Origin: Deferribacterales bacterium
GTDB lineage: Bacteria > Chrysiogenota > Deferribacteres > Deferribacterales > Geovibrionaceae
Direction of reading: 5' to 3'
DNA length: 64,000 bases
Assembly: GCA_050251875.1 (NCBI GenBank)
Contig: JBFWMA010000002.1
Location: 96,001-160,000 of the forward strand
Part shown: piece by piece, positions 1 to 10,401 of the stretch
Layout of the letters: every line of letters starts with the position of its first letter
Numbering within the stretch: position 1 is the first letter of the stretch
Notes under the pieces: generated by a model
Told to the model about the DNA's origin: nothing
The model's database searches: none
Seen by the model: only the letters and a program-made list of their open reading frames with translations
Made by a program: the position numbers and the translations under genes

Positions 1-628
1 GGTGTGTTATGAAAGGTTTAGCTGTGGCTCCGCCAACGATGGGGTGCATCATCGGGGTCTCAACTTCGAAGAAATCTCTGTTTATGAAAAATTTTCTGAC
101 TTCCTGAACAATTATGCTTCTTTTTCTAAAGGTGTCTTTAACGTCTTCGTTAACTATGAGGTCAACGTATCTCTGGCGGTATCTGGTTTCGATATCTTTG
201 AGCCCGTGCCATTTCTCCGGCAGGTCGCGCAGAGCTTTTGTCAGCAGACGGAAGTGTTTGGCGCATATGGTGAGCTCGCCTGTTTTTGTTTTAAACAGGA
301 AGCCTTTGATGCCTACTATATCGCCCACGTCTGTCAGGTCGAAAACATTGTAGTCCTCTTCCGGAATCTCGCCTTTTTTCACATAGACCTGAATCATTCC
401 CGTGCGGTCTTTGATGGTGAGGAAAGCCGCCTTGCCGAAGGGGCGCAGAGCCATGATACGTCCCGCCACGTCAAAATAGACATCCTGCGCGGGCAGGTCT
501 TCTTTCTCGGTATCTTTATATTTATCAGTTACCTGAATGATATCGTTCTCTACTTTGTGATAATTGACGAAAGGTTGTTCTGAGAGTTCTTTGATCTTTT
601 GCAGTTTATCGAAACGATGCTGTTCCAT
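1..628 (-). CDS. lysS: Lysyl-tRNA synthetase class II, N-terminal part (runs off the window start)
   Basis: Absent from the ORF track. Manual reverse-strand translation from ATG 628 gives ...DIETRYRQRYVDLIVNEDVKDTFRKRS...FFEVETPMMHPIVGGATAKPFITH, typical LysS motifs; AGGAG upstream. Confidence 0.93.
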   Translation of the reverse strand, partial: MEQHRFDKLQKIKELSEQPFVNYHKVENDIIQVTDKYKDTEKEDLPAQDVYFDVAGRIMALRPFGKAAFLTIKDRTGMIQVYVKKGEIPEEDYNVFDLTDVGDIVGIKGFLFKTKTGELTICAKHFRLLTKALRDLPEKWHGLKDIETRYRQRYVDLIVNEDVKDTFRKRSIIVQEVRKFFINRDFFEVETPMMHPIVGGATAKPFITH

Positions 629-846
629 TTTTGGTGAAAATCTCCTGAATGAATGTAATAATGTCTACATTAACTTCATTAGTCGCATTATTGCAACGAA
701 AAAATGAGGTGTCGGCACTTTTATTTATTTGACACCTCATATAAAACGCTTTAAGCTAAAACACTGAATAAAATTTTGAGTTTAAATAGTTAATTTGCTT
801 GAAAAATTCTGGGCGATAGTCTAGATTATCATGTTTAAATCTATAA

Positions 847-1890
<1,044 letters not shown>

Positions 1891-1910
1891 GGTAATCGGT
1901 TGCGGGGCAA

Positions 1911-2702
1911 ATGAAACTTTGGAAAAAAACACTTATAGCCTTTGTTGTCCTGCTTATCCTTGTAATTATTCAGGCGAGAGATCCTGATATCAAGGGTCCT
2001 TTCAGGGGCATACTGGGCAACTTTGTCAATCCTTTCGTATATTACACTGAAAAGTCATTCAGCTTTTTCAGCGACATCTGGAGCGGGTACATCAATCTGG
2101 TGAACGTGCGCCGTGATAACGACAAGCTGAAAGAGGACAACGGTCAGCTTATTCTGGAGAATTCCCTTCTCCACGAAAAGGTGAAAGAATACGGACGTGT
2201 TCAGAAACTTCTGAAATTCAGCGAATATTCAAAACTGGACTATGAGACTGCCGCTGTCATAGGCAGAAACATAAAGGGCTATCTGAAAGTAATCAAGATA
2301 GACAAAGGCTCTAATGACGGTATAAAAAGACAGGATCCTGTCATCAGCTATAACGGTCTGGTGGGCATGGTAAGGGATGTTTACGCCAGCTCCGCTGATG
2401 TGGAGGTGGTGCTCAGCCCCGCCAGCAACGTTTCCGTGATGAACAGCAGAACCAGAACCGTGGGGATAGTCCACGGTGACGGACACGGAAAGATGACCGT
2501 TGATTTCTATGACAGGCTGGATGACGTGAAAAAAGGCGACACCATGGTTACATCCGGGCTCGGAGGGGTATATCCCAAAGGGCTGGTTGTGGGACAGGTA
2601 GAGAGCGTCACCACAGCGGAGACAGGGCTTTTTAAAACCATGACGCTGAAATCCAAAGTCAAATTCTATAAGCTAGAGAATGTACTGGTTATCAGCCAAT
2701 GA
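1911..2702 (+). CDS. mreC: Rod shape-determining protein MreC
   Basis: N-terminal TM, coiled coil, IDKGSNDGI and VTSGLGGVYPKGLVVGQV motifs; follows mreB. Confidence 0.95.
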   Translation: MKLWKKTLIAFVVLLILVIIQARDPDIKGPFRGILGNFVNPFVYYTEKSFSFFSDIWSGYINLVNVRRDNDKLKEDNGQLILENSLLHEKVKEYGRVQKLLKFSEYSKLDYETAAVIGRNIKGYLKVIKIDKGSNDGIKRQDPVISYNGLVGMVRDVYASSADVEVVLSPASNVSVMNSRTRTVGIVHGDGHGKMTVDFYDRLDDVKKGDTMVTSGLGGVYPKGLVVGQVESVTTAETGLFKTMTLKSKVKFYKLENVLVISQ

Positions 2703-3172
2703 GAAGGAAACTCGACAAGATTTATTTCATAGTTATCATCGCTCTGGTTCTGAGCCATGTGGTGACTATGGTGTTTCCTCCTTTCATGAGCAATTTCGAC
2801 CTGCTGCTTATCATATATTTTCTGATATACGAAACCATAGATGAGGACAACTACATAGGGCTGTCGCTGATATTCGGCATATTCGCCGACTATTACAGAG
2901 GCGGTTTTTTCGGTCCCGCCGTCATGGTTTTTCTCCTGTTCTCTTTTTCCAGATTCAAGGCGGATCTGGTTGTGGACATGACAAAATTCAACTCGAAGGT
3001 TATGCTGTACGCTCTGATGTCTATGATATACTGCTCGTTCAACCTTTTTCTGAGCGGATATGACAGAGACTCTCTGGCTGTTATAGCAGTTTTCCGCACC
3101 CTGCTCAACGTGGGGGCGGCTGTTTCAATTATAAGATTCATAGGGTATATCCGTGCTGTTAAGAACGCTTAA
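2699..3172 (+). CDS. mreD: Rod shape-determining membrane protein MreD (divergent)
   Basis: 157 aa multi-TM protein with GIFADYYRGGFFG; lies between mreC and PBP2 and overlaps both. Confidence 0.75.
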   Translation: MRRKLDKIYFIVIIALVLSHVVTMVFPPFMSNFDLLLIIYFLIYETIDEDNYIGLSLIFGIFADYYRGGFFGPAVMVFLLFSFSRFKADLVVDMTKFNSKVMLYALMSMIYCSFNLFLSGYDRDSLAVIAVFRTLLNVGAAVSIIRFIGYIRAVKNA

Positions 3173-4994
3173 GGACGATGTCCTCGAATATTTTAAAAAG
3201 AGGGCGATGCTGGGCTACATCCTGTTCGCCGTCTTCTTCTCTTTTCTGGCGCTCAGGCTCTTCTGGATGCAGATCATCAGTTATGACAAGTTCAAAACCC
3301 TGTCGGAAAACAACCGTATCCGGATTGTGCGCATCAAGGCGGACAGGGGATTTATAAAAGATATAAAAGGGCGGCTGATAGTAAAAAACTCCCCCAGCTA
3401 TGAACTGAAGATAGTGAAAGAGGACGTTCAGGATCTGGACGCCATTCTGAACAAGCTGGAAAAGATTCTGCCCATCGATAAATCTTATGCAAAAAAACAG
3501 GTGGATAAATCATATCTCTATGAGCCGGCTATCATCCTGAGAGGACTCACCTTCAAACAGGTGGCGGAGATCATGGAACACTCCGATGATTACGCCGGTG
3601 TTGAGATAGGGCTTGAAGCCGTCAGAAGCTACATGGAGAGCAGCGCCTTCAGCCACGTTCTGGGATATATGTCCGAGGTGAACGAGCAGGAGCTGAAAGA
3701 CACGGACTACTACCGCTCCGGTGACATGATAGGCAAGACCGGCATAGAAAAAGTGTATGAGGAACAGCTCAGAGGCGTTGACGGCGCCCGTCAGGTCGAG
3801 GTGGACTCATACGGCAGACCCATAGATATTATCTCTGAAAAGCAGAGCACTCCCGGCGAGAACATAACACTTACCATAGATTACGACATACAGACGTTCC
3901 TGCACAGGCTTATGCAGAATAAAAAGGGCGCAGTGGCGGTCATCAACATTGAAAATTTCGATGTTCTGGCGCTTTATTCCGCCCCTACATACGATCTGAT
4001 GTCGTTCACCCCTTTCGCTACATCACAGGAGAGGCTGGCTATCATAAAAGACCCTAACAAGCCTCTGCTGAACCGTGTGATAGAGGGAAAATATCCCCCC
4101 GGATCGGTATATAAGGTTCTGATGGCTGTCGCCGGACTGATGGAGCACAAGATAAATCCGAACTCCACGTTCACCTGTACAGGCGAAATGCAGTACGGTA
4201 ACTTCAAATATAAATGCTGGAAAAAAGAGGGGCACGGAACTATCAATCTTGTGAGCGCCATAGAGCAGTCATGTGACGTTTATTTCTATAACCTCGGTCT
4301 GCTGCTGGGCATAGACCCCATATACGACTACTCCAGCAGACTGTCACTGGGCAAAAAGACAGGCATAGCCCTGCCTAACGAAAAATCAGGATTTTTCCCC
4401 AGCAGACAGTGGAAAAGAGAAGTCAGACACGAGGCGTGGTATCCCGGTGAAACCATCATCACATCAATCGGACAGGGGTATATCGCCACCACACCCATGC
4501 AGATAGCTGTCATGCTGGCGGGGATATTCAACGGCGGAAACGTCTATCAGCCTAACCTGATAAGATATTTCGAAGACACTGTTAACGGAAAAGTGATAGA
4601 GCCCAACAGGGTTCTGGTGAATAAAGTGCATATCGATAAATGGGCGGCGGATGTCGCTCTGGAAGGTATGCGCAGAGTTGTGGAAGGAGACAGAGCCACC
4701 GGATACAGGGCGAAAGTGCCCGGCGTTCACATCGGCGGAAAGACGGGAACAGCGCAGGTGGTGAGTCTGAAACGCACGGAAGACATGGACGAGGACGACA
4801 TCCCTGAGCATTACAGGGACCACTCCTGGTTTGCCGCTGTCTTTCCCGTGGAAAAACCGAAATATGTAGCCGTGGCGATGATAGAGCACGGCGGAGCCGG
4901 CAGTAAGGGTTCTGCGCCCATTGTCGGAGCATTAGTAAATAAAATGGCGGATCTGGGTTATGTTAGGCGTGAAACTGGACAGGAAACACATTGA
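3153..4994 (+). CDS. mrdA: Penicillin-binding protein 2
   Basis: YPPGSVYK (SxxK), SCD (SxD) and GGKTGTAQ (KTG) transpeptidase motifs; mre operon context. Confidence 0.96.
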   Translation: MLLRTLKDDVLEYFKKRAMLGYILFAVFFSFLALRLFWMQIISYDKFKTLSENNRIRIVRIKADRGFIKDIKGRLIVKNSPSYELKIVKEDVQDLDAILNKLEKILPIDKSYAKKQVDKSYLYEPAIILRGLTFKQVAEIMEHSDDYAGVEIGLEAVRSYMESSAFSHVLGYMSEVNEQELKDTDYYRSGDMIGKTGIEKVYEEQLRGVDGARQVEVDSYGRPIDIISEKQSTPGENITLTIDYDIQTFLHRLMQNKKGAVAVINIENFDVLALYSAPTYDLMSFTPFATSQERLAIIKDPNKPLLNRVIEGKYPPGSVYKVLMAVAGLMEHKINPNSTFTCTGEMQYGNFKYKCWKKEGHGTINLVSAIEQSCDVYFYNLGLLLGIDPIYDYSSRLSLGKKTGIALPNEKSGFFPSRQWKREVRHEAWYPGETIITSIGQGYIATTPMQIAVMLAGIFNGGNVYQPNLIRYFEDTVNGKVIEPNRVLVNKVHIDKWAADVALEGMRRVVEGDRATGYRAKVPGVHIGGKTGTAQVVSLKRTEDMDEDDIPEHYRDHSWFAAVFPVEKPKYVAVAMIEHGGAGSKGSAPIVGALVNKMADLGYVRRETGQETH

Positions 4995-6081
4995 GAATTT
5001 TGATGTTTTCCTTTTAGTGATCATATTTCTGATCACGACCATCGGTGTTTTGGCTATATACAGCGCGGGCTTTGACCCTGTGGACGGCAAGGTGCGCACA
5101 TTTTATCTCAAGCAGATTTACTTTCTGCTGATGGGCTATTTTCTTTATATGGCGTTCAGTATCATCGGTTATAAAAAACTGGTAAAATATTCGTATATAT
5201 TGTTTATATTGGGAATTGGCGTTTTGTTCGCCGTTCTTATCATGGGGCATGTGGGCAAGGGAGCGACCAGATGGATATCTCTGGGCGGGCTGAAGATTCA
5301 GCCGTCTGAGTTCTTCAAATTCGTCTGGGTGGTTATGCTCGCCAGACTGTTTCTGGATTTTAACATGAACAAATTCGGCATGCTCGACCTGATAAAAAAG
5401 ATCATGTGGGTTATCCCGCCTTTTCTTCTGGTATTTCTTCAGCCTGACCTGGGTACGGCGGGAACTTTCCTCGCCGTGTGGGGTATAGTGGTTATTTTTC
5501 TGGGGATCAAGAGGGTGACTTTTATCATCATCATCACCAGTCTGTTCTTCGCCGCCCCCATACTATGGACGCACATGAAGCCCTATCAGAAGCAGAGGGT
5601 TGTTACGTTTCTTAACCCGGAGGCTGATCCTTTCGGTTCCGGCTATCACGTTATCCAGTCGAAGATAGCCATAGGCTCCGGCGGTCTGATGGGCAAGGGA
5701 TTCATGAAAGGAACTCAGTCCCACCTGAAGTTCATTCCGGAGAGACACACCGACTTCATCTTCGCCGTAATAGCGGAGGAGTTCGGTTTTGTGGGCGGTT
5801 CTACTGTTGTTGTGCTGTTTTTGCTGCTTGTCACGCGGATTATATACATAGGCGTAAACTCGAAGGAGGCGGCGGGAAAGCTGGTTTGTGTGGCTGCCGG
5901 CGGCTTCTTCTTTTTTCAGTTTTTTGTAAACCTGTCCATGACGGTGGGAATGATGCCGGTGGTGGGGATACCCATGCCCATGGTCAGCTACGGCGGTTCA
6001 TCGCTCATCACTTTCATGTCTATTCTCGGACTGGTGAACAGTGTGGCAATGCGCAGATTTGACAGCCCCAGTGAGGTATAA
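4960..6081 (+). CDS. rodA: SEDS peptidoglycan glycosyltransferase RodA
   Basis: GATRWI, IQPSEFFK, LQPDLGT, FIPERHTDFIF, PMVSYGGSS motifs; follows mrdA. Confidence 0.96.
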   Translation: MLGVKLDRKHIENFDVFLLVIIFLITTIGVLAIYSAGFDPVDGKVRTFYLKQIYFLLMGYFLYMAFSIIGYKKLVKYSYILFILGIGVLFAVLIMGHVGKGATRWISLGGLKIQPSEFFKFVWVVMLARLFLDFNMNKFGMLDLIKKIMWVIPPFLLVFLQPDLGTAGTFLAVWGIVVIFLGIKRVTFIIIITSLFFAAPILWTHMKPYQKQRVVTFLNPEADPFGSGYHVIQSKIAIGSGGLMGKGFMKGTQSHLKFIPERHTDFIFAVIAEEFGFVGGSTVVVLFLLLVTRIIYIGVNSKEAAGKLVCVAAGGFFFFQFFVNLSMTVGMMPVVGIPMPMVSYGGSSLITFMSILGLVNSVAMRRFDSPSEV

Positions 6082-8483
6082 TGAAAGATTTTAAAAAGCT
6101 CCTTCAGGTCTCCAGACCTGCCAGATACATCAACGGAGAGATAAACTCCATACACAAAGACCACAGCGGAAGAACCACATTCTGCCTTATTTTCCCGGAT
6201 GTTTACGAGGTGGGCATCAGCCACATAGGCTACAAAATGCTCTATGAACGTCTGAATCTTGAGAACAGCATAGTCTGCGAAAGGTTTTTCATGCCGTGGC
6301 CGGACGCCATATCCGCATACGGACAGGAGATGTTCGTCAGTCTGGAATCATCCACCGACCTGAAAGAATTCGATGTGCTCGGGTTCAGCTTTCAGTATGA
6401 GCTGGCGTATTCCAACATGCTGAAAATCCTCATTGAGTCAGGGCTTGAGGTTCGCACGGTGAACAGATCGGCTACTGACCCCATCGTGATAGCAGGCGGT
6501 CCCTGCGTGTGCAATCCCATGCCTATAGCTGATTTTGTGGACGTGTTTTTCATCGGCGAATCTGAAGTGACCCTTCCGGAAGCCATGAACAGAGTCCATG
6601 AGATGAAAAAAGAGGGCAGGTCAAAGGCGGATATACTCGGCTGGCTGAACAGTCTGCCGTATACTTACGTCCCTGCGATAGATGATAAAAAACACGTTAA
6701 GCGTTCTATACATACAGGATTTTCCGAAGACTACACCATAAAGGATCTGATAGTGCCGTCCATCCCTGCCGTTCAGGACAGGGTGGCGGTGGAGATATCC
6801 AGAGGATGCACCAGAGGATGCAGATTCTGTCAGGCTGGCATGATATACCGCCCCAACCGTGAGAGGAGCGTGGACAACATAGCCTGCGACGCTATGTATC
6901 AGCTGGAGAAGACAGGCTATCTGGAAGCGTCCATGCTGTCGCTCTCCGCTTCCGACTACAGCAGGCTGGAAGAGCTGCTGGTGACTATGGTGCGTCTCAC
7001 GCAGGACAAGAGCGTTTCTCTGGCTCTGCCATCCATCAGGGCGGACAGGATTCAGGAATATATCTTCCGTGAGCTGTCTAAGGTGCGCAAGGCCGGGTTT
7101 ACCATAGCCCCCGAGGCGGGGTCACAGCGCATGCGTGACGCCATAAACAAAGGGCTGACTGAGGAAGCTATACTGGAGGCTGTGCATAAGGCTTCCGATG
7201 CCGGATGGAACGGCGCCAAGCTCTATTTCATGATAGGTCTCCCCGGTGAGACAATGGAAGACGTGCTGGAGATCGCCGAGCTGTCCAGAAAGGCGAAATA
7301 TCTGCGTAAGGGCAGATTCAGTATAAAAGTATCCGTGTCAAACTTCGTGCCTAAGGCGCATACGCCTTATCAGTGGTGCGGACAGAACAGCGGAGACGAA
7401 TTCTATGAAAAGAGAAAACAGCTCAAGGAACTGTTTATCAAATATAAAATCCCCCACGCTTTCCACGGGATAAAGACCAGCGTCCTTGAGGGCGCTATGT
7501 CCAGAGGCTCCAGAGAGCTGGGAGATGTTATAGAAGAGGCTGTCAGAAAAGGCGCGATGTTCGATGCCTGGACTGAACACTTCAATTTCTCCCTCTGGGA
7601 GCAGGCTTTTGAAAAATTCGGCTACAAAGTCTCTGATTTTGCCGAAAAGACTTTCGGGATGGATGACACACTGCCGTGGGAGCATATCGATTCCGGCGTG
7701 GACATCAATTATCTTAAAAAAGAATATGAGAAATCAACCCGCTTCGAGTTCACCCCCGACTGCACGGAAGGGGACTGCACTGGCTGCGGTGTCTGCGACT
7801 TTAAAGAGATCAAAAACACCTTCTCCGCCAAATCCGAAATGGCTCTGCCTGAGGTTGAGGAGAACAAGCCGGAAGCAGAATATCACAGATACGCCGCCGT
7901 CTTTTCTAAGATGAACAGGCTGTCTCTGCTTTCTGCCATAGAGACCCAGAGATTTTTTATGCATGTGCTTACCATTGCCGACACAGGGCTGAAATTTACT
8001 TACGGGTTCAACCCCCAGCCCAAGCTGAGCTATGTTCAGGCGGCTTCCACCGGGCTTCAGGGAGAGAACGAGGTGCTTGTCTTCGAGTGCGCTGAGATAA
8101 AAGACACGGAAGCCATGAAGGACAAGCTGAACGGAATTCTGCCGCAGGAAGTGCGGATTAAGCATATAGCGACTCTGGAAACCAACCCGAAACATTTTGA
8201 CGTGTATGTCAGATTAGGGCTTTCTGACGAACTTCACAAGATATTCAGAGAAAAATATGACAAAAATGAGGCAAAATACGAAAAGCTGAATAAAAAAGGG
8301 CTTACGAAAGTGATGGACGCTAAGGATTTCACAGCCCATATCGGCTCAGGCGATATTGTCTTTAAAACCGAGACAACGGGTAATTTCAACTGTTTTGAGT
8401 TTTTCGAAAGCCTCGGATATGAGCGCTGGCAGATAGATATAATCAGAAAGAACGTCTATCTGGTGCCTAAAGAGGAAGCGTGA
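6081..8483 (+). CDS. Radical SAM protein (TIGR03960-like) fused to a C-terminal radical SAM-linked (TIGR03936/DUF2344-like) domain
   Basis: RGCTRGCRFCQAG (CxxxCxxC), FTIAPEAGSQRMR, extra CTEGDCTGCGVC cluster, C-terminal GFNPQPKLS. Confidence 0.85.
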   Translation: MKDFKKLLQVSRPARYINGEINSIHKDHSGRTTFCLIFPDVYEVGISHIGYKMLYERLNLENSIVCERFFMPWPDAISAYGQEMFVSLESSTDLKEFDVLGFSFQYELAYSNMLKILIESGLEVRTVNRSATDPIVIAGGPCVCNPMPIADFVDVFFIGESEVTLPEAMNRVHEMKKEGRSKADILGWLNSLPYTYVPAIDDKKHVKRSIHTGFSEDYTIKDLIVPSIPAVQDRVAVEISRGCTRGCRFCQAGMIYRPNRERSVDNIACDAMYQLEKTGYLEASMLSLSASDYSRLEELLVTMVRLTQDKSVSLALPSIRADRIQEYIFRELSKVRKAGFTIAPEAGSQRMRDAINKGLTEEAILEAVHKASDAGWNGAKLYFMIGLPGETMEDVLEIAELSRKAKYLRKGRFSIKVSVSNFVPKAHTPYQWCGQNSGDEFYEKRKQLKELFIKYKIPHAFHGIKTSVLEGAMSRGSRELGDVIEEAVRKGAMFDAWTEHFNFSLWEQAFEKFGYKVSDFAEKTFGMDDTLPWEHIDSGVDINYLKKEYEKSTRFEFTPDCTEGDCTGCGVCDFKEIKNTFSAKSEMALPEVEENKPEAEYHRYAAVFSKMNRLSLLSAIETQRFFMHVLTIADTGLKFTYGFNPQPKLSYVQAASTGLQGENEVLVFECAEIKDTEAMKDKLNGILPQEVRIKHIATLETNPKHFDVYVRLGLSDELHKIFREKYDKNEAKYEKLNKKGLTKVMDAKDFTAHIGSGDIVFKTETTGNFNCFEFFESLGYERWQIDIIRKNVYLVPKEEA

Positions 8484-9271
8484 TGAGAGAGCTGGACGAA
8501 TATAAGTCTTTTCTGGAAGATATATACAGAGAATACAACAATAAGGAATGGATACACACCGACCCCATAATGTTTCCCCACGGATATGAGGGAAACAGGG
8601 AGTTCATATCCATCACCGCTGCCGTGTTCGCCTATGGCAACGTGAAGGCTATTCAGGGCTTTATACGCTCTTTTCTGGACTATTACGGCACTGACCCTCT
8701 CAGCCTGAAAAAAGAGAGCGGAGAGCTGTATTACCGTTTTCAGAAGAAGCCGGACATAGAATTCTATGCCGATATGATGACACGGATATATGGCGATTTC
8801 GGCTCGATAGAGAATATTTTTGCCGAGAGAGAGACTCTGGAGGAGGCTATCCTCCACTTCGACTCCGTCATCAAACGCTATGCGGAGAAGGCGGACACAG
8901 GGCTCCATTTCCTGTTTCCGAACCCCGTGACATCCGGCTCTAAAAGGCTCCGGATGTTTCTGAGATGGATGATAAGAAAGGACGATGTGGATTTCGGACT
9001 GTGGACAAAATTCAGACCGACAGAGCTGATGATGCCTATCGACACGCACATTCTGCGGTTCGCTCATAATAACGGTATAATAACATCCACAGGCGCCACG
9101 AGAAAAAATCTGGAAACGGTCAGCGGTTTTTTCCGCAGCCTGAATCCCGAAGACCCTGCAAAATATGACTTCGCTCTCACCCGTCTGGGGATAGCCAACG
9201 GATGCAAGTATATGTCCTGTTCGGCGTGTACAGTCTGCCGCAGATGCGGGACTTGTATATTTATAGCATAA
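8483..9271 (+). CDS. TIGR02757/DUF2400 family protein (HhH-GPD-like)
   Basis: DPIMFPH, AVFAYGNV, KRLRMFLRWMIRKDDVDFGLW, PIDTHI, DPAKYDFAL motifs. Confidence 0.85.
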   Translation: MRELDEYKSFLEDIYREYNNKEWIHTDPIMFPHGYEGNREFISITAAVFAYGNVKAIQGFIRSFLDYYGTDPLSLKKESGELYYRFQKKPDIEFYADMMTRIYGDFGSIENIFAERETLEEAILHFDSVIKRYAEKADTGLHFLFPNPVTSGSKRLRMFLRWMIRKDDVDFGLWTKFRPTELMMPIDTHILRFAHNNGIITSTGATRKNLETVSGFFRSLNPEDPAKYDFALTRLGIANGCKYMSCSACTVCRRCGTCIFIA

Positions 9272-9367
9272 ACCATATATATACATATTAATAAAAAACG
9301 GCTATAGAGATTGACAATCAGCGAAAAATGTATAGTATAAAAGATGAAAGTATTTAGGAGGATTGCT

Positions 9368-9685
9368 ATGGCAGCAGAACTTAATGAAGGCAGTTTTCAG
9401 AATGAAGTACTCGAGTGCAGCATGCCCGTTCTTGTAGATTTTTGGGCTGTTTGGTGCGGACCTTGCAGAATGCTTACTCCCACTATAGAGTCACTTGCTT
9501 CAGAATACGCAGGTAAAGTAAAAGTAGGAAAAGTTAACGTTGATGAAAATCAGCAGCTCGCCGCAAAATACGGCATCATGAGCATACCTACTGTTATGGT
9601 TTTCAAAGATGGTAAAGTAGTAGAGCAGTTTATCGGCGTTCAGCCTAAAGGCGTTTATGAGGACGCTCTGAAAAAATATATCTAA
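9368..9685 (+). CDS. trxA: Thioredoxin
   Basis: VDFWAVWCGPC active site; AGGAGG precedes ATG 9368. Confidence 0.97.
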   Translation: MAAELNEGSFQNEVLECSMPVLVDFWAVWCGPCRMLTPTIESLASEYAGKVKVGKVNVDENQQLAAKYGIMSIPTVMVFKDGKVVEQFIGVQPKGVYEDALKKYI

Positions 9686-9694
9686 GAGTATCTT

Positions 9695-9892
9695 ATGCCG
9701 ATATACGAATATAAGTGCAACGAATGCGGCAACGTATTTTCCAAACTTGTGTTCAGTCAATCCGCAAAGATTGAATGTCCGGGATGTTCTTCAGATAATG
9801 TGGATAAGCTAATATCCGCAATCAGTTCCAGTTCCGGTGGTTCGGGCGGTCCGTCAGGCGGATGCGGCTCATCCGGATTTTCCTGAGGCTGA
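9695..9892 (+). CDS. FmdB-family zinc-ribbon protein, probably ending in Sec-Gly (TGA 9884-9886 recoded); otherwise ends at 9886
   Basis: MPIYEYKCNECG...CPGC motif; 3' end TCC TGA GGC TGA followed directly by a hairpin at 9887-9909. Confidence 0.85.
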
Positions 9893-9909
9893 CGCATAAA
9901 GTGTCGGTC
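9887..9909 (+). promoter_or_regulatory. Candidate bacterial SECIS hairpin
   Basis: GGCTGACGC-ATAAA-GTGTCGGTC forms a 9-bp stem (with G-U pairs) directly 3' of the in-frame TGA, separate from the terminator. Confidence 0.5.
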
Positions 9910-9924
9910 GATGCTATGAATATT

Positions 9925-9947
9925 AAGGCAGCCTTGGCTGCCTTTTT
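9925..9947 (+). terminator. Rho-independent terminator of trxA-zinc ribbon unit
   Basis: AAGGCAGCC-TT-GGCTGCCTTTTT inverted repeat with T tract. Confidence 0.8.
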
Positions 9948-9954
9948 GTTTTTA

Positions 9955-9968
9955 TTGATCTGTGTCAA
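9955..9968. promoter_or_regulatory. FNR/Crp-family-like box upstream of feoA
   Basis: TTGAT-CTGT-GTCAA versus FNR consensus TTGAT-N4-ATCAA (one mismatch). Confidence 0.5.
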
Positions 9969-10001
9969 TGTCATATTCCATAGATGTCAGTATCTTTAAT
10001 T

Positions 10002-10102
10002 GAGAATGAATATCATTTTCTATTGACACCGCCTGCTGATAATGATATTCAATACCTGCTAAAAATGATTTTATTAATACTGTGATATTGATAATTGATT
10101 TC
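10002..10102. promoter_or_regulatory. Cluster of Fur-box-like sites upstream of feoA
   Basis: GAGAATGAATATCATTTTC (10002-10020, 15/19), GATAATGATATTCAATACC (10038-10056, 16/19) and GATATTGATAATTGATTTC (10084-10102, 14/19) versus GATAATGATAATCATTATC. Confidence 0.8.
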
Positions 10103-10167
10103 AGTTTTAATATGCGCTATTTTAATCCCAGACGGTTTTCGGATTAAAATGGCTTAAGGAGTACCAG

Positions 10168-10401
10168 ATGTCTATGTCTATGAGAAAGATGCAGATGAAC
10201 CAGAAGGGACGCATTGTCTCTGTGAAATGCGAGGGCGAGCTGCGCCAGCGCATCAACGATATGGGGCTCACCCCCGGCGCCGAGTTCAAGATTATCGGCA
10301 GGGCGCCTCTGAAAGACCCGGTCGCTCTGAAGATCAGGGGCTTTACCGTTACGCTCAGAAATAATGAGGCGGATCATATCGATGTGGAGGTTATTGATTA
10401 A
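10168..10401 (+). CDS. feoA: Ferrous iron transport protein A
   Basis: RINDMGLTPG...RAPLKDPV...LR motif; AAGGAG RBS; overlaps feoB start. Confidence 0.95.
   Translation: MSMSMRKMQMNQKGRIVSVKCEGELRQRINDMGLTPGAEFKIIGRAPLKDPVALKIRGFTVTLRNNEADHIDVEVID

Noticed and set aside
2..583. 193-aa plus-strand ORF
   Set aside because: Antisense shadow of lysS, which is clearly encoded on the minus strand.
9890..9919. Read-through of the second TGA of the zinc-ribbon gene
   Set aside because: It would add only RIKCRSML, encoded by the hairpin itself; no support for double recoding.
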